DNA of 64,000 bases from Betaproteobacteria bacterium (GCA_032123035.1 JAQBFV010000189.1:243-64242); one strand, 5' to 3'. Positions 17,843 to 31,820 are shown, numbered from the stretch's first letter. Notes: a model not told the origin generated them from the sequence alone. Numbers and translations are program-made.

Positions 17843-18495
17843 GGCTTGATCCCCTGTTTCCCGAGCATCACGGAAAGGGCACGAGTTGCCCTTGAGCAGT
17901 GTGTTTTCACACTTCCCACGGAGCAACCCATTATTTTCGCCGCCTCGGCGACGTCCAGTTCCTCCCAATAACGCAACAAGAAGGCCTGGCGTTGACGCGC
18001 CGGCAGTTGTTCCAGAGCTTTTTCAATGAAAGCAATAACTTGTGAGCGTTCAGCCTGTTCGGCGGGGGGTTCCGAAAACTTGGAGTCGTCCGCGACTTCC
18101 AAAGTTTCGAGCGGGTCTGCGTCCTCGTCGCTCCCGCTGCCGAGAAGGCTCGAGATTGGGAGCGTCCACATCGAGCGTACCTTTTGGCGGCGATAAAAAT
18201 CGAGGATGGTGTTTTGCAAAATGCGCTGAAACAGGGGCGGGAGCTCGGCCAGCGGACGCGCGGAGTATTTTTCGGTGAGCTTCAGCATCGCGTCCTGGAC
18301 GATGTCCAATGCCAAGTGATCGTCACGCACCGCGAACAGCGCATGCTTGTAGGCGCGGCGCTCGACCTTGGCGAGAAACTCCGCAAGTTCTTGGTAGGTG
18401 GCCAGTCGTCCCGCCTTCCGGATGCCCGCGGCGACGCGCGCCCCGTCGGAGCGATCCCCTCGCACCGTCCCGCGCAGGTCGGCGCATCTTAGCAA
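17839..18495 (-). CDS. ECF-type RNA polymerase sigma factor
   Basis: Region 2 (DIVQDAMLKL, ILQNTILDFYRRQ) and region 4 (LPARQRQAFLLRYWEELDVAEAAKIMGCSVGSVKTHCSRA). The start is uncertain (TTG at 18495). Confidence 0.8.
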   Translation of the reverse strand: MLRCADLRGTVRGDRSDGARVAAGIRKAGRLATYQELAEFLAKVERRAYKHALFAVRDDHLALDIVQDAMLKLTEKYSARPLAELPPLFQRILQNTILDFYRRQKVRSMWTLPISSLLGSGSDEDADPLETLEVADDSKFSEPPAEQAERSQVIAFIEKALEQLPARQRQAFLLRYWEELDVAEAAKIMGCSVGSVKTHCSRATRALSVMLGKQGIKP

Positions 18496-18633
18496 AAAAC
18501 AAAGGCGCGCAACGCCTGGGTTAAACCGCCGGGGGGCTTTGCTCTATCTTACTGTTTAAAGGGATGTTTTACTTGACCAATGTGCGGCCAGACGGTAACG
18601 TTACCGGTTTCCGCGTTTGGGCTGGGATGGGCC

Positions 18634-20327
18634 ATGGAACTGACTGGCGCTGAGATCGTCGTGCGCTGCCTCCAGGAGGAGGGGGTCGAGCACGTGTTCG
18701 GCTATCCCGGAGGCGCCGTGCTCTTCCTCTATGACGAGATCTTCAAGCAGGACAAGTTCAAGCACATCCTGGTGCGGCACGAGCAGGGCGCGATTCACGC
18801 GGCCGACGGCTATGCGCGGTCAACGGATAAGGTAGGGGTTGCACTGGTGACGTCCGGGCCGGGCGTAACAAACGCCGTCACGGGCATTGCCACCGCCCAC
18901 ATGGATTCCATTCCCCTGGTCATCATCACGGGCCAGGTGCCGACGCATGCGATCGGCCAGGACGCGTTCCAGGAGTGCGACGCGATCGGAATCACGCGGC
19001 CGTGCGTGAAGCATAACTTCCTGGTGAAGGACGTGAAGGATCTCGCGGTTACCATGAAGAAGGCTTTCTATATTGCGGCCACGGGCCGCCCGGGCCCGGT
19101 CGTGGTGGACATCCCGAAGGACGTGACGACGGCAAAGAGCGAGTTTCGCTATCCCGAGACGATTGCGATGCGCTCGTACAACCCGGTCACCAAAGGCCAC
19201 GCCGGGCAGATCAAGAAGGCGGTACAGCTCCTCGCAAAGGCCAAGCGCCCGATGATCTACGCCGGCGGGGGTGTGATCCTGGGCGGCGCGTCCGATGAGC
19301 TCACGCAACTCGTGCGCTCGCTCGGCTTTCCCTGCACGAACACCCTGATGGGGCTTGGCGCCTATCCGGCGACGGATCGTCAGTTTCTCGGAATGCTCGG
19401 CATGCACGGCACTTACGAAGCGAACATGGCGATGCAGCATTGCGACGTACTGCTCGCGATCGGGGCGCGCTTCGACGACCGCGTGATCGGCAACCCGCGC
19501 CACTTCTTCTCCGAGGAGCGCACCATTATCCACATCGATATCGATCCCTCCTCGATATCGAAGCGCGTCAAGGTCGACGTTCCTGTCGTCGGCGACGTGC
19601 GGGAGGTGCTGCGCGAGCTCATGAAACAACTGGAGGCCGCCAAGGAAAAGCCCGATCCGGAAGCGCTCAAGACGTGGTGGACGCAGATCGAGCTGTGGCG
19701 CTCACGCGACTGCCTCAAGTACGACCGCTCGAGCTCGCTCATCAAGCCGCAATACGTGATCGAGAAGCTCTACGAAGTCACCGGCGGCGATGCTTTCGTG
19801 ACCTCCGACGTGGGCCAGCACCAGATGTGGGCGGCGCAGTTCTACAAGTTCCAGAAACCGCGCCGCTGGATCAACTCGGGCGGGCTGGGCACGATGGGCT
19901 TCGGCCTGCCGGCGGCGATGGGCGTGCAGCTCGCGCACCCGGGCGCGACCGTCGCGTGCGTCACGGGCGAGGCCTCGATTCAGATGTGCATCCAGGAGCT
20001 CTCCACCTGCAAGCAATACCGGCTGCCGATCAAGGTGGTGAACCTCAACAACAAGTACATGGGCATGGTGCGCCAGTGGCAGGAGTTCTTTCACGGCAAC
20101 CGCTACGCGGAGTCGTACATGGACGCGCTGCCCGACTTCAGCAAGTTAGCGGAGTCGTATGGCCACATCGGCGTCAAGATCGAGAAGCCCGAGGACGTAG
20201 AGCCCGCGCTCAAGGAAGCGTTCGCGCGCAAGAGCGACCTCGTGTTCATGGATTTCGTGACGGACCAGACCGAGAACGTGTTCCCGATGATACCGGGCGG
20301 CAAGGGACTTTCGGAGATGATCCTGGT

Positions 20328-20331
<4 letters not shown>
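18634..20331 (+). CDS. ilvI: acetolactate synthase large subunit
   Basis: [31 protein letters not shown]-terminus and a ThDP motif region [14 protein letters not shown]. The 18 codons upstream of 18634 look non-coding. Confidence 0.93.
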
Positions 20332-21928
<1,597 letters not shown>

Positions 21929-21945
21929 TCAACGCTGTGCGGTGA

Positions 21946-22680
21946 GTGGGGAAAGGACGGGAAGATACGGTGAATATCGAGCAACAACGAGCTGACATAG
22001 CCACGCCGGAGGCCGCTGGCCAGAAGCCGCACCGCGCGAACGGCTACCCTCATCCCATCATTGCGCGTGAGGGCTGGCCCTTCATTGCGCTTTCCGTCAT
22101 CGTGGCCGTGCTGGTCCACGCGGCTGCGGGCCTGTGGTGGGCAGCGCCGCTGTGGCTCGTGGTCGTTTTGGTCCTTCAGTTCTTTCGCGACCCTCCACGC
22201 GCTGTTCCGCTCGAACCGAAGGCGGTCCTGTCACCGGCGGACGGGCGCATCGTCACGGTCGAACGCGCTCGCGACCCGTATCTCGAGCGCGACGCCCTGA
22301 AGATGAGCGTCTTCATGAACGTGTTCAACGCGCACTCCAACCGCAGCCCGGTGGACGGCGAGGTTCGCGAGGCGTGGTACCACACGGGTAAGTTCTTCAA
22401 CGCCGCGTTGTCCAAATCGTCGTTCGAGAACGAGCGTGCCGCGCTCTGGATCCGCACGCCGGGCGGTGCGGACGTGACGTGCGTGCAGATCGCGGGGCTG
22501 ATCGCGCGGCGCATCCTCTGCTATGCCCGGCCCGGCCAGCGCCTTGCGCGCGGCGAGCGCTACGGGTTCATCCGCTTCGGTTCCCGGGTCGATGTCTACC
22601 TGCCGTCGGGCGCGCGTCCGGTCGCGGCCGTTGGCGACAAGGTCTATGCCACCGAAAGCATTCTTGCGATATTTCCGTGA
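21946..22680 (+). CDS. psd: phosphatidylserine decarboxylase (short form)
   Basis: [13 protein letters not shown], and [14 protein letters not shown] containing the self-cleaving GS site. The start is GTG at 21946, or GTG at 21970. Confidence 0.85.
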   Translation: MGKGREDTVNIEQQRADIATPEAAGQKPHRANGYPHPIIAREGWPFIALSVIVAVLVHAAAGLWWAAPLWLVVVLVLQFFRDPPRAVPLEPKAVLSPADGRIVTVERARDPYLERDALKMSVFMNVFNAHSNRSPVDGEVREAWYHTGKFFNAALSKSSFENERAALWIRTPGGADVTCVQIAGLIARRILCYARPGQRLARGERYGFIRFGSRVDVYLPSGARPVAAVGDKVYATESILAIFP

Positions 22681-22762
22681 ACGGTGAACAGTGAACGGTG
22701 AACAGAAACCGGGACGCCCACTGCCGATGACCCACCGTTTACCGTTTACCGGTTACCGTTGA
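22677..22762. repeat. inverted heptad arrays GTGAACR x4 (22677-22704) and CCGTTTA/CCGGTTA/CCGTTGA x4 (22735-22762)
   Basis: In the + RNA, 23 of 27 positions pair, including three G-U pairs. The psd TGA is in the first unit. The pssA GTG (22769) follows the last unit by 6 nt. Confidence 0.85.
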
Positions 22763-22768
22763 CCGCCC

Positions 22769-23593
22769 GTGTACGAACCCCGCGAGAACAAGCTCTTCAT
22801 CAAGTCGCGTTTTGCGCGGCGCGGCATCTACTGGTTGCCGAACGTCTTCACGACAATCGCGTTGTTTGCAGGGTTCTACGCCATCGTGCAGGCGATGGGC
22901 GGGCGCTTCGAGCATGCGTCGATCGCGATTTTCGTTGCGCTGGTATTCGACGGACTCGATGGACGGGTGGCTCGGCTGACGCGCACGCAGAGCGCGTTCG
23001 GGGCCGAGTACGACAGTCTCTCCGACATGGTGTCTTTCGGGGTCGCGCCGGCGCTCGTGGTCTATGTCTGGGCGCTCAAGGATTTTGCGCTGATGAAGAA
23101 CATCCCGCTGTTGGGGCCGTGGCTTACCAGCAAGCTGGGCTGGATCGCCGCGTTCATCTACTGCGTGTGTGCAGCCCTGCGGCTCGCACGCTTCAACACG
23201 ACGCTCGAGATTGCCGACAAGCGGTTCTTCCAGGGCCTGCCGAGTCCAGCCGCCGCGTGTCTCGTGGCCGGTCTCGTGTGGGCGCTGAACGAATACCAGA
23301 TCGAGGGCCGCGACGTGAAATGGCTGGCGTGGGCGCTTACGGTTTTCGCGGGCCTCACCATGGTGAGCAATCTCAAGTTCTACAGCGGCAAAGACATCAA
23401 TCTCCGCAAGAGCGTGCCGTTCTCCATGCTAGTGGGGATTACCCTGGGCATTGTGGCGCTCTTCATGTTCTCGAGCACGCTGCCCGAACTGCTGTTCCTG
23501 CTGTTCTTGAGTTACGGTTTCTCGGGTTATGTGCTCTGGGCGTATGGACAGGTCAAAAAGCGGGCCGCCGACCGGGCGCCGCCGCCGCAATGA
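22769..23593 (+). CDS. pssA: CDP-diacylglycerol--serine O-phosphatidyltransferase
   Basis: DGLDGRVARL...SDMVSFG is the CDP-alcohol phosphatidyltransferase motif. The GTG start is the first possible start after an in-frame TGA, and there is no obvious SD. Confidence 0.88.
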   Translation: MYEPRENKLFIKSRFARRGIYWLPNVFTTIALFAGFYAIVQAMGGRFEHASIAIFVALVFDGLDGRVARLTRTQSAFGAEYDSLSDMVSFGVAPALVVYVWALKDFALMKNIPLLGPWLTSKLGWIAAFIYCVCAALRLARFNTTLEIADKRFFQGLPSPAAACLVAGLVWALNEYQIEGRDVKWLAWALTVFAGLTMVSNLKFYSGKDINLRKSVPFSMLVGITLGIVALFMFSSTLPELLFLLFLSYGFSGYVLWAYGQVKKRAADRAPPPQ

Positions 23594-23632
23594 AGTTGCG
23601 TGTTGTCCTGAAAGCCGTTATATTTCAGGAAC

Positions 23633-23719
23633 ATGAACGCAATGACGCAGGCCAACTCGCCCCTCGACCTTGCCAGTCTCCTGCTGGCACGCCTGCTGCT
23701 GCGCCTTCGCGGCGCATAA
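23633..23719 (+). CDS. candidate leucine-rich leader peptide for leuA attenuation (28 aa)
   Basis: MNAMTQANSPLDLASLLLARLLLRLRGA has 9 Leu in 28 codons, including LLL twice. It lies 120 nt upstream of leuA, with GC-rich pairing segments following. The SD is weak. Confidence 0.45.
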   Translation: MNAMTQANSPLDLASLLLARLLLRLRGA

Positions 23720-23839
23720 ATCCTTTATTCTCTTTCCAGTAGTAGATTAAAGCGCGGGCGCACTACGGCGCGCGGCGCGGTTTACAAACATTTGCATCGT
23801 GGCTGCGGCCGCGGTGGGCGGTAAGAATTGGAGACGGTC

Positions 23840-25381
23840 ATGGCTAAAGAGCACTTGATCATATTCGACACGACAATGCGTGACGGCGAGCAAAGCCCGG
23901 GCGCCTCGATGACTCGGGAGGAGAAGCTGCGCATCGCGCGCCAACTCGAGCGGATGCGCGTCGATGTGATCGAGGCAGGGTTCCCGGCGGCCAGCGAGGG
24001 CGACTTCGAGTCGGTAAAGGCAGTGGCCTCCATCATCAAGGACAGCACCGTGTGCGGGCTTGCGCGCGCCAACGAGCGTGACGTCCGGCGCTGCGGGGAG
24101 GCGGTAAAGCCGGCGCGCAGCCCGAGGGTGCACACCTTCATCGCGACGTCGCCGATCCACATGGAGAAGAAGCTGCGCATGGAGCCCTCACAGGTGATCG
24201 AGCAGGCCGTGCGCGCGGTGAAATGGGCGCGCGAGTACACCGACAATGTCGAGTTTTCGCCTGAGGATGCAGGCCGTTCGGACAGCGATTTTCTCTGCCG
24301 TATTTTGGAGCAGGTAATCGCGGCGGGCGCGACCACGATCAACATTCCCGATACCGTCGGCTACACATTTCCCGAGCATTTCGGGAAGCTCATCGGCACG
24401 CTGCGCGAGCGCATCCCGAATTCCGACAAGGTCATCTGGTCGGTGCACTGCCATAACGACCTTGGTCTCGCGGTTGCCAACTCCCTGGCGGCGGTGCTGA
24501 CCGGAGCGCGGCAGGTTGAGTGCACCATCAACGGGCTGGGTGAGCGGGCGGGCAATGCCGCGCTTGAAGAGATTGTGATGGCCGTGCGCACGCGCCAGGA
24601 TATCTTTCCCTGCGACACCCGCATCGATACGAGCCAGATCGTTCCGGCAAGCCGGCTTGTCGCGGGCGTCACGGGCTTTCCCGTTCAGCCCAACAAGGCA
24701 ATCGTCGGGGCAAACGCGTTCGCGCACGAGGCAGGGATACACCAGGACGGGGTGATCAAGAGCCGCGACACCTACGAGATCATGCGCGCCGAGGATGTGG
24801 GCTGGCATGCGAACCGCCTGGTGCTGGGCAAGCACTCCGGCCGCAACGCATTCCGGCAGCGCCTGCAGGAGATCGGCACCGTGCTGGAGTCTGAGGAGGC
24901 GCTGAACGCCGCGTTCAAGCGCTTCAAGGAGTTGGCCGACAAGAAGCACGAGATTTTCGACGAGGATCTCCAGGCGCTGATTACTGAGGAGAACCTCGAT
25001 CACGTCGACAGTGAGCACTACAGGCTCGTCTCGCTAACCGCCCACTCGGAGACCGGCGAGCAGCCCTTCGCCACGATCGTCGTGTCGGAGGACGGCGCGG
25101 AGCGCCGCGCCGAGGCGCGCGGTAGCGGTCCGGTCGACGCTGCGTTCAAGGCGATCGAGTCCATCGTCGGCAGCGGCGCGGAGCTGCTACTCTATTCTGT
25201 CAATAACATCACGACGGGCACGGATTCGCAGGGGGAGGTGACGGTAAGGCTGTCGAAGAGTGGCCGTATCGTCAACGGGCAAGGGGCCGACACCGACATC
25301 GTAGTGGCGTCAGCGAAGGCCTACCTCAACGCGCTGAACAAGCTGCACTCCAAGGTCGAACGCATCAACCCGCAGGTCTAA
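23840..25381 (+). CDS. leuA: 2-isopropylmalate synthase
   Basis: [37 protein letters not shown], and a C-terminal LeuA dimerisation/regulatory domain. GGAG lies 6 nt before ATG 23840. Confidence 0.95.
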   Translation: MAKEHLIIFDTTMRDGEQSPGASMTREEKLRIARQLERMRVDVIEAGFPAASEGDFESVKAVASIIKDSTVCGLARANERDVRRCGEAVKPARSPRVHTFIATSPIHMEKKLRMEPSQVIEQAVRAVKWAREYTDNVEFSPEDAGRSDSDFLCRILEQVIAAGATTINIPDTVGYTFPEHFGKLIGTLRERIPNSDKVIWSVHCHNDLGLAVANSLAAVLTGARQVECTINGLGERAGNAALEEIVMAVRTRQDIFPCDTRIDTSQIVPASRLVAGVTGFPVQPNKAIVGANAFAHEAGIHQDGVIKSRDTYEIMRAEDVGWHANRLVLGKHSGRNAFRQRLQEIGTVLESEEALNAAFKRFKELADKKHEIFDEDLQALITEENLDHVDSEHYRLVSLTAHSETGEQPFATIVVSEDGAERRAEARGSGPVDAAFKAIESIVGSGAELLLYSVNNITTGTDSQGEVTVRLSKSGRIVNGQGADTDIVVASAKAYLNALNKLHSKVERINPQV

Positions 25382-25383
25382 TT

Positions 25384-25397
25384 GAGTGACGAGTGAC
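25384..25397 (+). repeat. two tandem heptads GAGTGAC GAGTGAC between leuA and the DUF2905 gene
   Basis: Read directly. Same GTGA-type unit family as the larger arrays. Confidence 0.6.
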
Positions 25398-25398
25398 G

Positions 25399-25599
25399 AT
25401 GGCGAAGTGGCTGATTACAGCCGGGATCGTGCTCGTTGCGCTGGGTCTGTTGTGGCCCCTGCTCTCAAAGCTGGGCCTCGGCAGCCTGCCCGGCGACATC
25501 AGGGTCGAACGCAAGGGGTTCACGTTCTATTTTCCGATCACCACCGGCATTTTGGTCTCGCTGGGCATCACGCTCATTCTCTGGATTTTCCGTCGCTAA
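25399..25599 (+). CDS. DUF2905-type small membrane protein
   Basis: MAKWLITAGIVLVALGLLWP...LPGDIRVERKGFTFYFPITT...; two TM segments, 66 aa. Confidence 0.7.
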   Translation: MAKWLITAGIVLVALGLLWPLLSKLGLGSLPGDIRVERKGFTFYFPITTGILVSLGITLILWIFRR

Positions 25600-25602
25600 G
25601 GT

Positions 25603-25937
25603 TCATTTTCCATACCGCCGGACATAGGCGATCGCCGCACAGAAGAAGGTGAATGCGAATGCGACCTCGGCGAGCGCGAGTTGGGCTGCGATGCCGCGTT
25701 CGCTCCATGCGCGCACGACGCCCTCCGCAAAGTAGACGAGGATGAGGAGCATCGACCAGCGGTAGGTGTAGGGCCTGCCGTGCAGGACTCCACGCAGCGG
25801 CACGAGCAGGGGCAGCGTCTTAAGGATCAGCCACGAGCCGCCGGGCCGCAACGGCGCGAGCCACAGCTCCCAGGCAAGGCAAAGTACCGTGAGGGCAACG
25901 AGGCTCCCGCAGGCGGTGAGATAGGCGGCGCGCAGGC

Positions 25938-25941
<4 letters not shown>
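25603..25941 (-). CDS. DUF2069-type membrane protein
   Basis: Four TM segments with WELWLAP...LKTLPLL...RPYTYRW. It sits in the usual position downstream of a WrbA-type gene cluster. Confidence 0.65.
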
Positions 25942-27274
<1,333 letters not shown>

Positions 27275-27311
27275 TTATATAGCCGGTATCCTCGGGACCG
27301 GAGTCACAAGC

Positions 27312-28562
27312 TTGCCGAAAAAAGCGCCATCCCTGGTCGAATTTGTGCGCATCGTCGGACAGCGGTTCGTCGAGGAGCGCTGCCTGCAGATCGCCTCGAG
27401 CCTCACGTACACGACGCTGCTCGCCATCGTCCCGATTATCACGGTGGCGCTGATACTGATCTCGGCCTTTCCCGTGTTCCGTGAGCTGATGGACCAACTC
27501 CACCAGTTCATGCTCAAGAGCATGCTGCCGGAATCGGCGGGTGCGATCGCCGGCTACGCGCAGCAGTTCACGCAGAACGCGGCCCGGCTTACCGCGGTGG
27601 GTCTGCTGTTCCTGTTCGTGACCGCGATGGTCGTGCTCCTGACGATCGACAAGGCGCTCAACCAGATCTGGCGCGTGCCCCGGCCGCGGTCACTCGTCCA
27701 GCGCGTGTTCATCTACTGGGCGCTCCTGACCGTGGGGCCGGTGCTGATCGGCGCCAGCCTCTCGCTCACCTCGTGGGTCGTCACGCTGTCTCTGGGGCTG
27801 GTGCGGGACGTGCCCTACGCGGGCCTCGTATTGCTCAAGATAGTGCCAATCCTCCTCACCGGAGGGGCCTTTGCGTTGCTCTACGTCACTTTGCCCAACC
27901 GGCGTGTCCTCGTACGCGACGCGCTCTCGGGCGGTTTTCTCGCCGCGCTGGCGTTCGAGGGAATGAAGCAGGGCTTCGCAGCCTATGTCACCCATTTCCC
28001 GACCTACACGCTCGTCTACGGGGCGTTCGCGAGCGTGCCGATCTTTCTGCTTTGGATCTACCTGTCGTGGCTGGTGGTCCTGTTCGGCGCGGTCACGGCT
28101 GCGGTGATGCCCGAATGGCGGGAGCGTGCCTCACAAGTCGAGCCGGTGCCCGGTTCGCAGTTCCTGGACGCGTTACAGATCCTGCGCCTGCTGTGGGAAG
28201 CCCACCGCGCCGGCGAAATCGTCGCGGTGTACCGGCTGCACGGTGTCATCAATGTGTCGATTGACCGGATCGAGGCCATTCTCGACGCGATGGACCGCGC
28301 TCGCTGGGTTGGGCGGGTGGGGCGCGGTTGGGCGCTCATCAAGGATGCAGCGGAGGTGTCCGTGGCCGAAATCTATCACTTGTTCGTGTTCCGGACCGGC
28401 GCCCGCGTTGCTACGCGGCAATCGGGGCGGGAACTCGACCAACTCGCACTGGAACTTGCGGGCGGAATCGAGGACGGTCTTCAGCTGTCGCTCGAAGAAC
28501 TATTCCTCAAGGCGGCCCGGGCGGAGACAACCGTCAGCCCGATGCGCGCGCAGGTGGTATGA
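27312..28562 (+). CDS. YihY/BrkB-family inner-membrane protein
   Basis: ASSLTYTTLLAIVPIITVAL, with a polytopic core and a cytoplasmic C-terminal domain. The listed ATG 27246 overlaps the divergent wrbA start codon, so the in-frame TTG 27312 (MPKKAPSLVEF) is preferred. Confidence 0.75.
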   Translation: MPKKAPSLVEFVRIVGQRFVEERCLQIASSLTYTTLLAIVPIITVALILISAFPVFRELMDQLHQFMLKSMLPESAGAIAGYAQQFTQNAARLTAVGLLFLFVTAMVVLLTIDKALNQIWRVPRPRSLVQRVFIYWALLTVGPVLIGASLSLTSWVVTLSLGLVRDVPYAGLVLLKIVPILLTGGAFALLYVTLPNRRVLVRDALSGGFLAALAFEGMKQGFAAYVTHFPTYTLVYGAFASVPIFLLWIYLSWLVVLFGAVTAAVMPEWRERASQVEPVPGSQFLDALQILRLLWEAHRAGEIVAVYRLHGVINVSIDRIEAILDAMDRARWVGRVGRGWALIKDAAEVSVAEIYHLFVFRTGARVATRQSGRELDQLALELAGGIEDGLQLSLEELFLKAARAETTVSPMRAQVV

Positions 28563-28618
28563 GGACCGGCCGCGGTTTTCGCCAAGTGATTCGGCGCCGG
28601 ACCTGACCAGGCCGCGGA

Positions 28619-29263
28619 TCAGCTTTCGGCGCGAGCGCGTTGCGCGCCCTCTGCGGACTGGGTCGAATAATTCCAGTTGCGCTGCCAGGCGCGCACCACC
28701 ATGTTGGGGTACTCGGGTCTGCCCAGGCTGCCGTTGTAGCGGCCGAGGGCGCGATAGAGATTGCCCTTTTCGATGTCCAGGTAATGGCGCAGGATCACGC
28801 AACCGTAGCGCAGGTTGGTGCGCAGGTGGAAGAGATTGTGATCCTGGTTGCCGATGAGCTTGTGCCAGAAGGGCATCACCTGCATGAAGCCGCGCGCGCC
28901 GGCGCGCGACACGGCGTACTTGCGAAAATTGCTCTCGACCTGGATCACGCCGAGCACCAGTTGGGGATCGAGGCCGGCGCGTTTGGCTTCGTAGTGCACG
29001 CTGACGAGGAACGCCTCCCGTGCGTGCTGGTCGGGCATGCGTTTAGCGAGTCGCTGCGACATCGCGCGCAACCAGTGCCGTGCCTGCGACTCGGTCTTGA
29101 ATGCGAGATAGGGGACCGCCTGATCGGCGATCGCCTTGTGAAGCACGCCCTGCACGCTCGTTGAGAGCGGCTCATACGCCTGCGCTCCGGCGCGTGCCGT
29201 TGCGGGTACGGTCAACGCGAGCGCGGAACAAATCCAGAAGATGGCGTAAGCTATGTCTCGCAC
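28619..29263 (-). CDS. lytic transglycosylase (SLT domain), secreted
   Basis: Signal peptide. [35 protein letters not shown] contains the catalytic ES motif. Confidence 0.85.
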   Translation of the reverse strand: MRDIAYAIFWICSALALTVPATARAGAQAYEPLSTSVQGVLHKAIADQAVPYLAFKTESQARHWLRAMSQRLAKRMPDQHAREAFLVSVHYEAKRAGLDPQLVLGVIQVESNFRKYAVSRAGARGFMQVMPFWHKLIGNQDHNLFHLRTNLRYGCVILRHYLDIEKGNLYRALGRYNGSLGRPEYPNMVVRAWQRNWNYSTQSAEGAQRARAES

Positions 29264-30963
29264 ACCCTTGATTTTACGTAATTTACAACATCTGGCAAGG
29301 CAATAGTTGTCGCTTTCGCGTCGCGCCGTCCCTGATATTCGAGCTGCCCGCCCTTGAGGCCCCGCTCGCCCACCACCAAACGGTGCGGGATACCGATCAA
29401 CTCGAGGTCGGCAAACATGACACCGGGGCGCTCGTCCCGGTCGTCGAGTAGCACTTCAATGCCGGCCTGCTGTAGCTCGTGGTAGAGCCGCTCGGTGGTC
29501 TCGCGCACCTGGGCGCTCTTGCCAAGGCCGATCGGCGCCAGCGCCAGCTCGAACGGCGCGATCGCGCGGGGGAAGATGATCCCGCGCGCGTCGTGGTTCT
29601 GTTCGATAGCCGCGGCAGCAATGCGGCTCACGCCAATCCCATAGCAGCCCATTTCCATGATCTGCGATTTTCCGGCTTCGTCGAGGAAGCTCAGATTCAA
29701 TGCTTTTGAATACTTGGTCCGCAGTTGGAAGATGTGGCCGACCTCGATGCCGCGGCAAATTTCCAGCGTGCCCTTGCTGTCGGGGCTGGGATCGCCAGCC
29801 ACGGCGTCGCGAATGTCGGCCACTATTGGTTCCGGAAAGTCGCGGCCAAGGTTGGCTCCGGTGTAGTGATGGTCGTCGGTATTTGCGCCGACGACAAAAT
29901 TCGCCATGGCGGCTACCGTTCGATCGGCGATGACGGTCGCGTGGAACCCGACCGGCCCGAGCGAGCCAGGATCCGCGCCAAAGGCCTGGCGGATGGCCTC
30001 CGGCGTCGCGAACGCCACCGGCGTTTTGACTTGTGTCAGCTTGCTCGCTTTCACCAGATTGAGCTGGTGGTCACCGCGCACCATCATCAGCACGGGTCGC
30101 CCGTCAGCGCCGTCCACGCAGACCGCCTTCACCGTTCTCTCCGCCGGCACCTTCAGGAACGCGCACAGATCCGCGATCGTCTTGACGCCAGGCGTATGCA
30201 CGCGCTGCAGCTCTTGATCGGGTGCCGGACGGGGTACCCTCGGGGCCATGGCCTCGGCAAGCTCCACGTTGGCCGCATAGTCGGAGTCCGGACAAAACGC
30301 GATCGCGTCCTCGCCCGAATCCGCGAGCACATGGAATTCGTGCGAACCGGTGCCGCCGATCGCTCCCGTGTCAGCTGCGACCGCGCGGAACCTGAGACCG
30401 AGCCGGGTGAAGATCCGCGTGTAGCAAGCGTGCATTTCCCGGTAGGTCTGGTGGAGATCAGCCTCGTTCGCATGGAACGAATAAGCGTCCTTCATCACGA
30501 ACTCGCGCGCGCGCATCACGCCGAAACGCGGCCGGATCTCGTCGCGGAACTTGGTCTGGATCTGGTACAGCTTCAGGGGAAGCTGACGGTAGCTCTTAAT
30601 TTCGCGCCGCACCAGGTCACTCACGACCTCCTCGTGCGTAGGCCCGAAGCAGAAATCGCGCTGATGGCGGTCCTTGAGGCGCAGGAGCTCGGGACCATAC
30701 TGCTCCCAACGCCCCGATTCCTGCCAGAGCTCGCCCGGCTGCACGGCGGGCATCAGGAGCTCGATCGCGCCGCTCGCGTTCATCTCCTCGCGCACGATCG
30801 CCTCGATCTTGCGCAGCACGCGCAGGCCGAGCGGCATCCAGCTGTAGATGCCTCTCGCGAGTTGCCGCACCAGTCCGGCCCGCAGCATCAACCGGTGGCT
30901 GATCACCTCGGCCTCGGCCGGGTCTTCCTTGAGCGTTGCGATGAAGAACTGCGAAGCGCGCAT
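29251..30963 (-). CDS. proS: proline--tRNA ligase
   Basis: [31 protein letters not shown]-terminus, class II motifs, and an INS editing domain. 570 aa. Confidence 0.95.
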   Translation of the reverse strand: MRASQFFIATLKEDPAEAEVISHRLMLRAGLVRQLARGIYSWMPLGLRVLRKIEAIVREEMNASGAIELLMPAVQPGELWQESGRWEQYGPELLRLKDRHQRDFCFGPTHEEVVSDLVRREIKSYRQLPLKLYQIQTKFRDEIRPRFGVMRAREFVMKDAYSFHANEADLHQTYREMHACYTRIFTRLGLRFRAVAADTGAIGGTGSHEFHVLADSGEDAIAFCPDSDYAANVELAEAMAPRVPRPAPDQELQRVHTPGVKTIADLCAFLKVPAERTVKAVCVDGADGRPVLMMVRGDHQLNLVKASKLTQVKTPVAFATPEAIRQAFGADPGSLGPVGFHATVIADRTVAAMANFVVGANTDDHHYTGANLGRDFPEPIVADIRDAVAGDPSPDSKGTLEICRGIEVGHIFQLRTKYSKALNLSFLDEAGKSQIMEMGCYGIGVSRIAAAAIEQNHDARGIIFPRAIAPFELALAPIGLGKSAQVRETTERLYHELQQAGIEVLLDDRDERPGVMFADLELIGIPHRLVVGERGLKGGQLEYQGRRDAKATTIALPDVVNYVKSRVCET

Positions 30964-31025
30964 GCCTGTCGCCGATCGGCAAAAGCCATTATTCTACCGA
31001 ACTGCCTGATCTGAAGAGCGAACCA

Positions 31026-31820
31026 ATGGGGTTTTTTGCCAAGTGGCTACTGGGCAAGTCGACGAATGACCCGCAGTCTGTCTACGTAACCGAGCGTTTC
31101 GGGGTGCGGTCTTTGCACATCGGCAGCGATACGATCCAGAGCTCGATGCGGCTTGCGCGTCCGAACGATCTCGAGCTGGCCTACACGCGCAGCATGATGG
31201 CTTTCCTGCTCTTCAACGAGCGGCCGGGACGCGCGCTGATGATCGGCATGGGCGGTGGCTCGCTCGCGAAGTTTGTCTACCACCAGCTGCCGTCGGTGGC
31301 GATCGATGTGGTCGAGGTAAGTTCCCGTGTGGTCGTGATCGCGCGGCAGCAATTTTTTGTGCCACCGGACGACGAGCGTTTGCGGGTGCACATCGGTGAC
31401 GGGGCCGAGTGGGTTGCCCGCGTCGGGGCGGCCACGGACGTCATCGTCGTTGACGGCTTTGAGGGCGACTCGCAAGTCGAGGAACTGTCAACGCGTGCTT
31501 TCTACCAGGCATGCCTGAACCGGCTCGCGCCGCGCGGCGTACTGGTCGTAAACCTCTGGGGCTCGGACCGGCGGTTTCACGAGTATCTCGAGCGCATCGA
31601 GGCCGCGTTTCCCGCTGGCACGCTGTGCCTGCCCGCCGAAAAGCCGGGCAATGTCATCGTATTCGGCTTTCGCGACAGTCCGGGCAATCCCAATTGGGAT
31701 GAGCTGGAACGCAAAGCCATTGAGCTGCGGGAGTGTTACGGGCTCGAGTTTCCCAAGTTCGTGCAAGGTCTGCGCAAGATGAACCGCTGGGATGAGCACC
31801 GGCTCTACGCCCAACTGTGA
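31026..31820 (+). CDS. spermidine-synthase-like SAM-dependent transferase
   Basis: ALMIGMGGGSLAKF (SAM GxGxG), VEVSSRVV, and DVIVVDGF. Confidence 0.6.
   Translation: MGFFAKWLLGKSTNDPQSVYVTERFGVRSLHIGSDTIQSSMRLARPNDLELAYTRSMMAFLLFNERPGRALMIGMGGGSLAKFVYHQLPSVAIDVVEVSSRVVVIARQQFFVPPDDERLRVHIGDGAEWVARVGAATDVIVVDGFEGDSQVEELSTRAFYQACLNRLAPRGVLVVNLWGSDRRFHEYLERIEAAFPAGTLCLPAEKPGNVIVFGFRDSPGNPNWDELERKAIELRECYGLEFPKFVQGLRKMNRWDEHRLYAQL

Noticed and set aside
18593-18606. Perfect 14-bp palindrome CGGTAACGTTACCG followed by GTTT, 28 nt upstream of ilvI (possible attenuator or operator)
   Set aside because: No Ile/Val/Leu-rich leader peptide could be found in the 140-nt spacer. The stem is short with a weak U-tract. 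The evidence is insufficient to call a regulatory element.
18580-18633. Upstream extensions of ilvI (18580), nrdA (46539), tusA (5684), the Fe-S protein (33227) and the EF-G-like gene (55564)
   Set aside because: In each case a downstream ATG aligns with the conserved family N-terminus, mostly preceded by a good SD or purine-rich tract. The extension peptides look non-coding.
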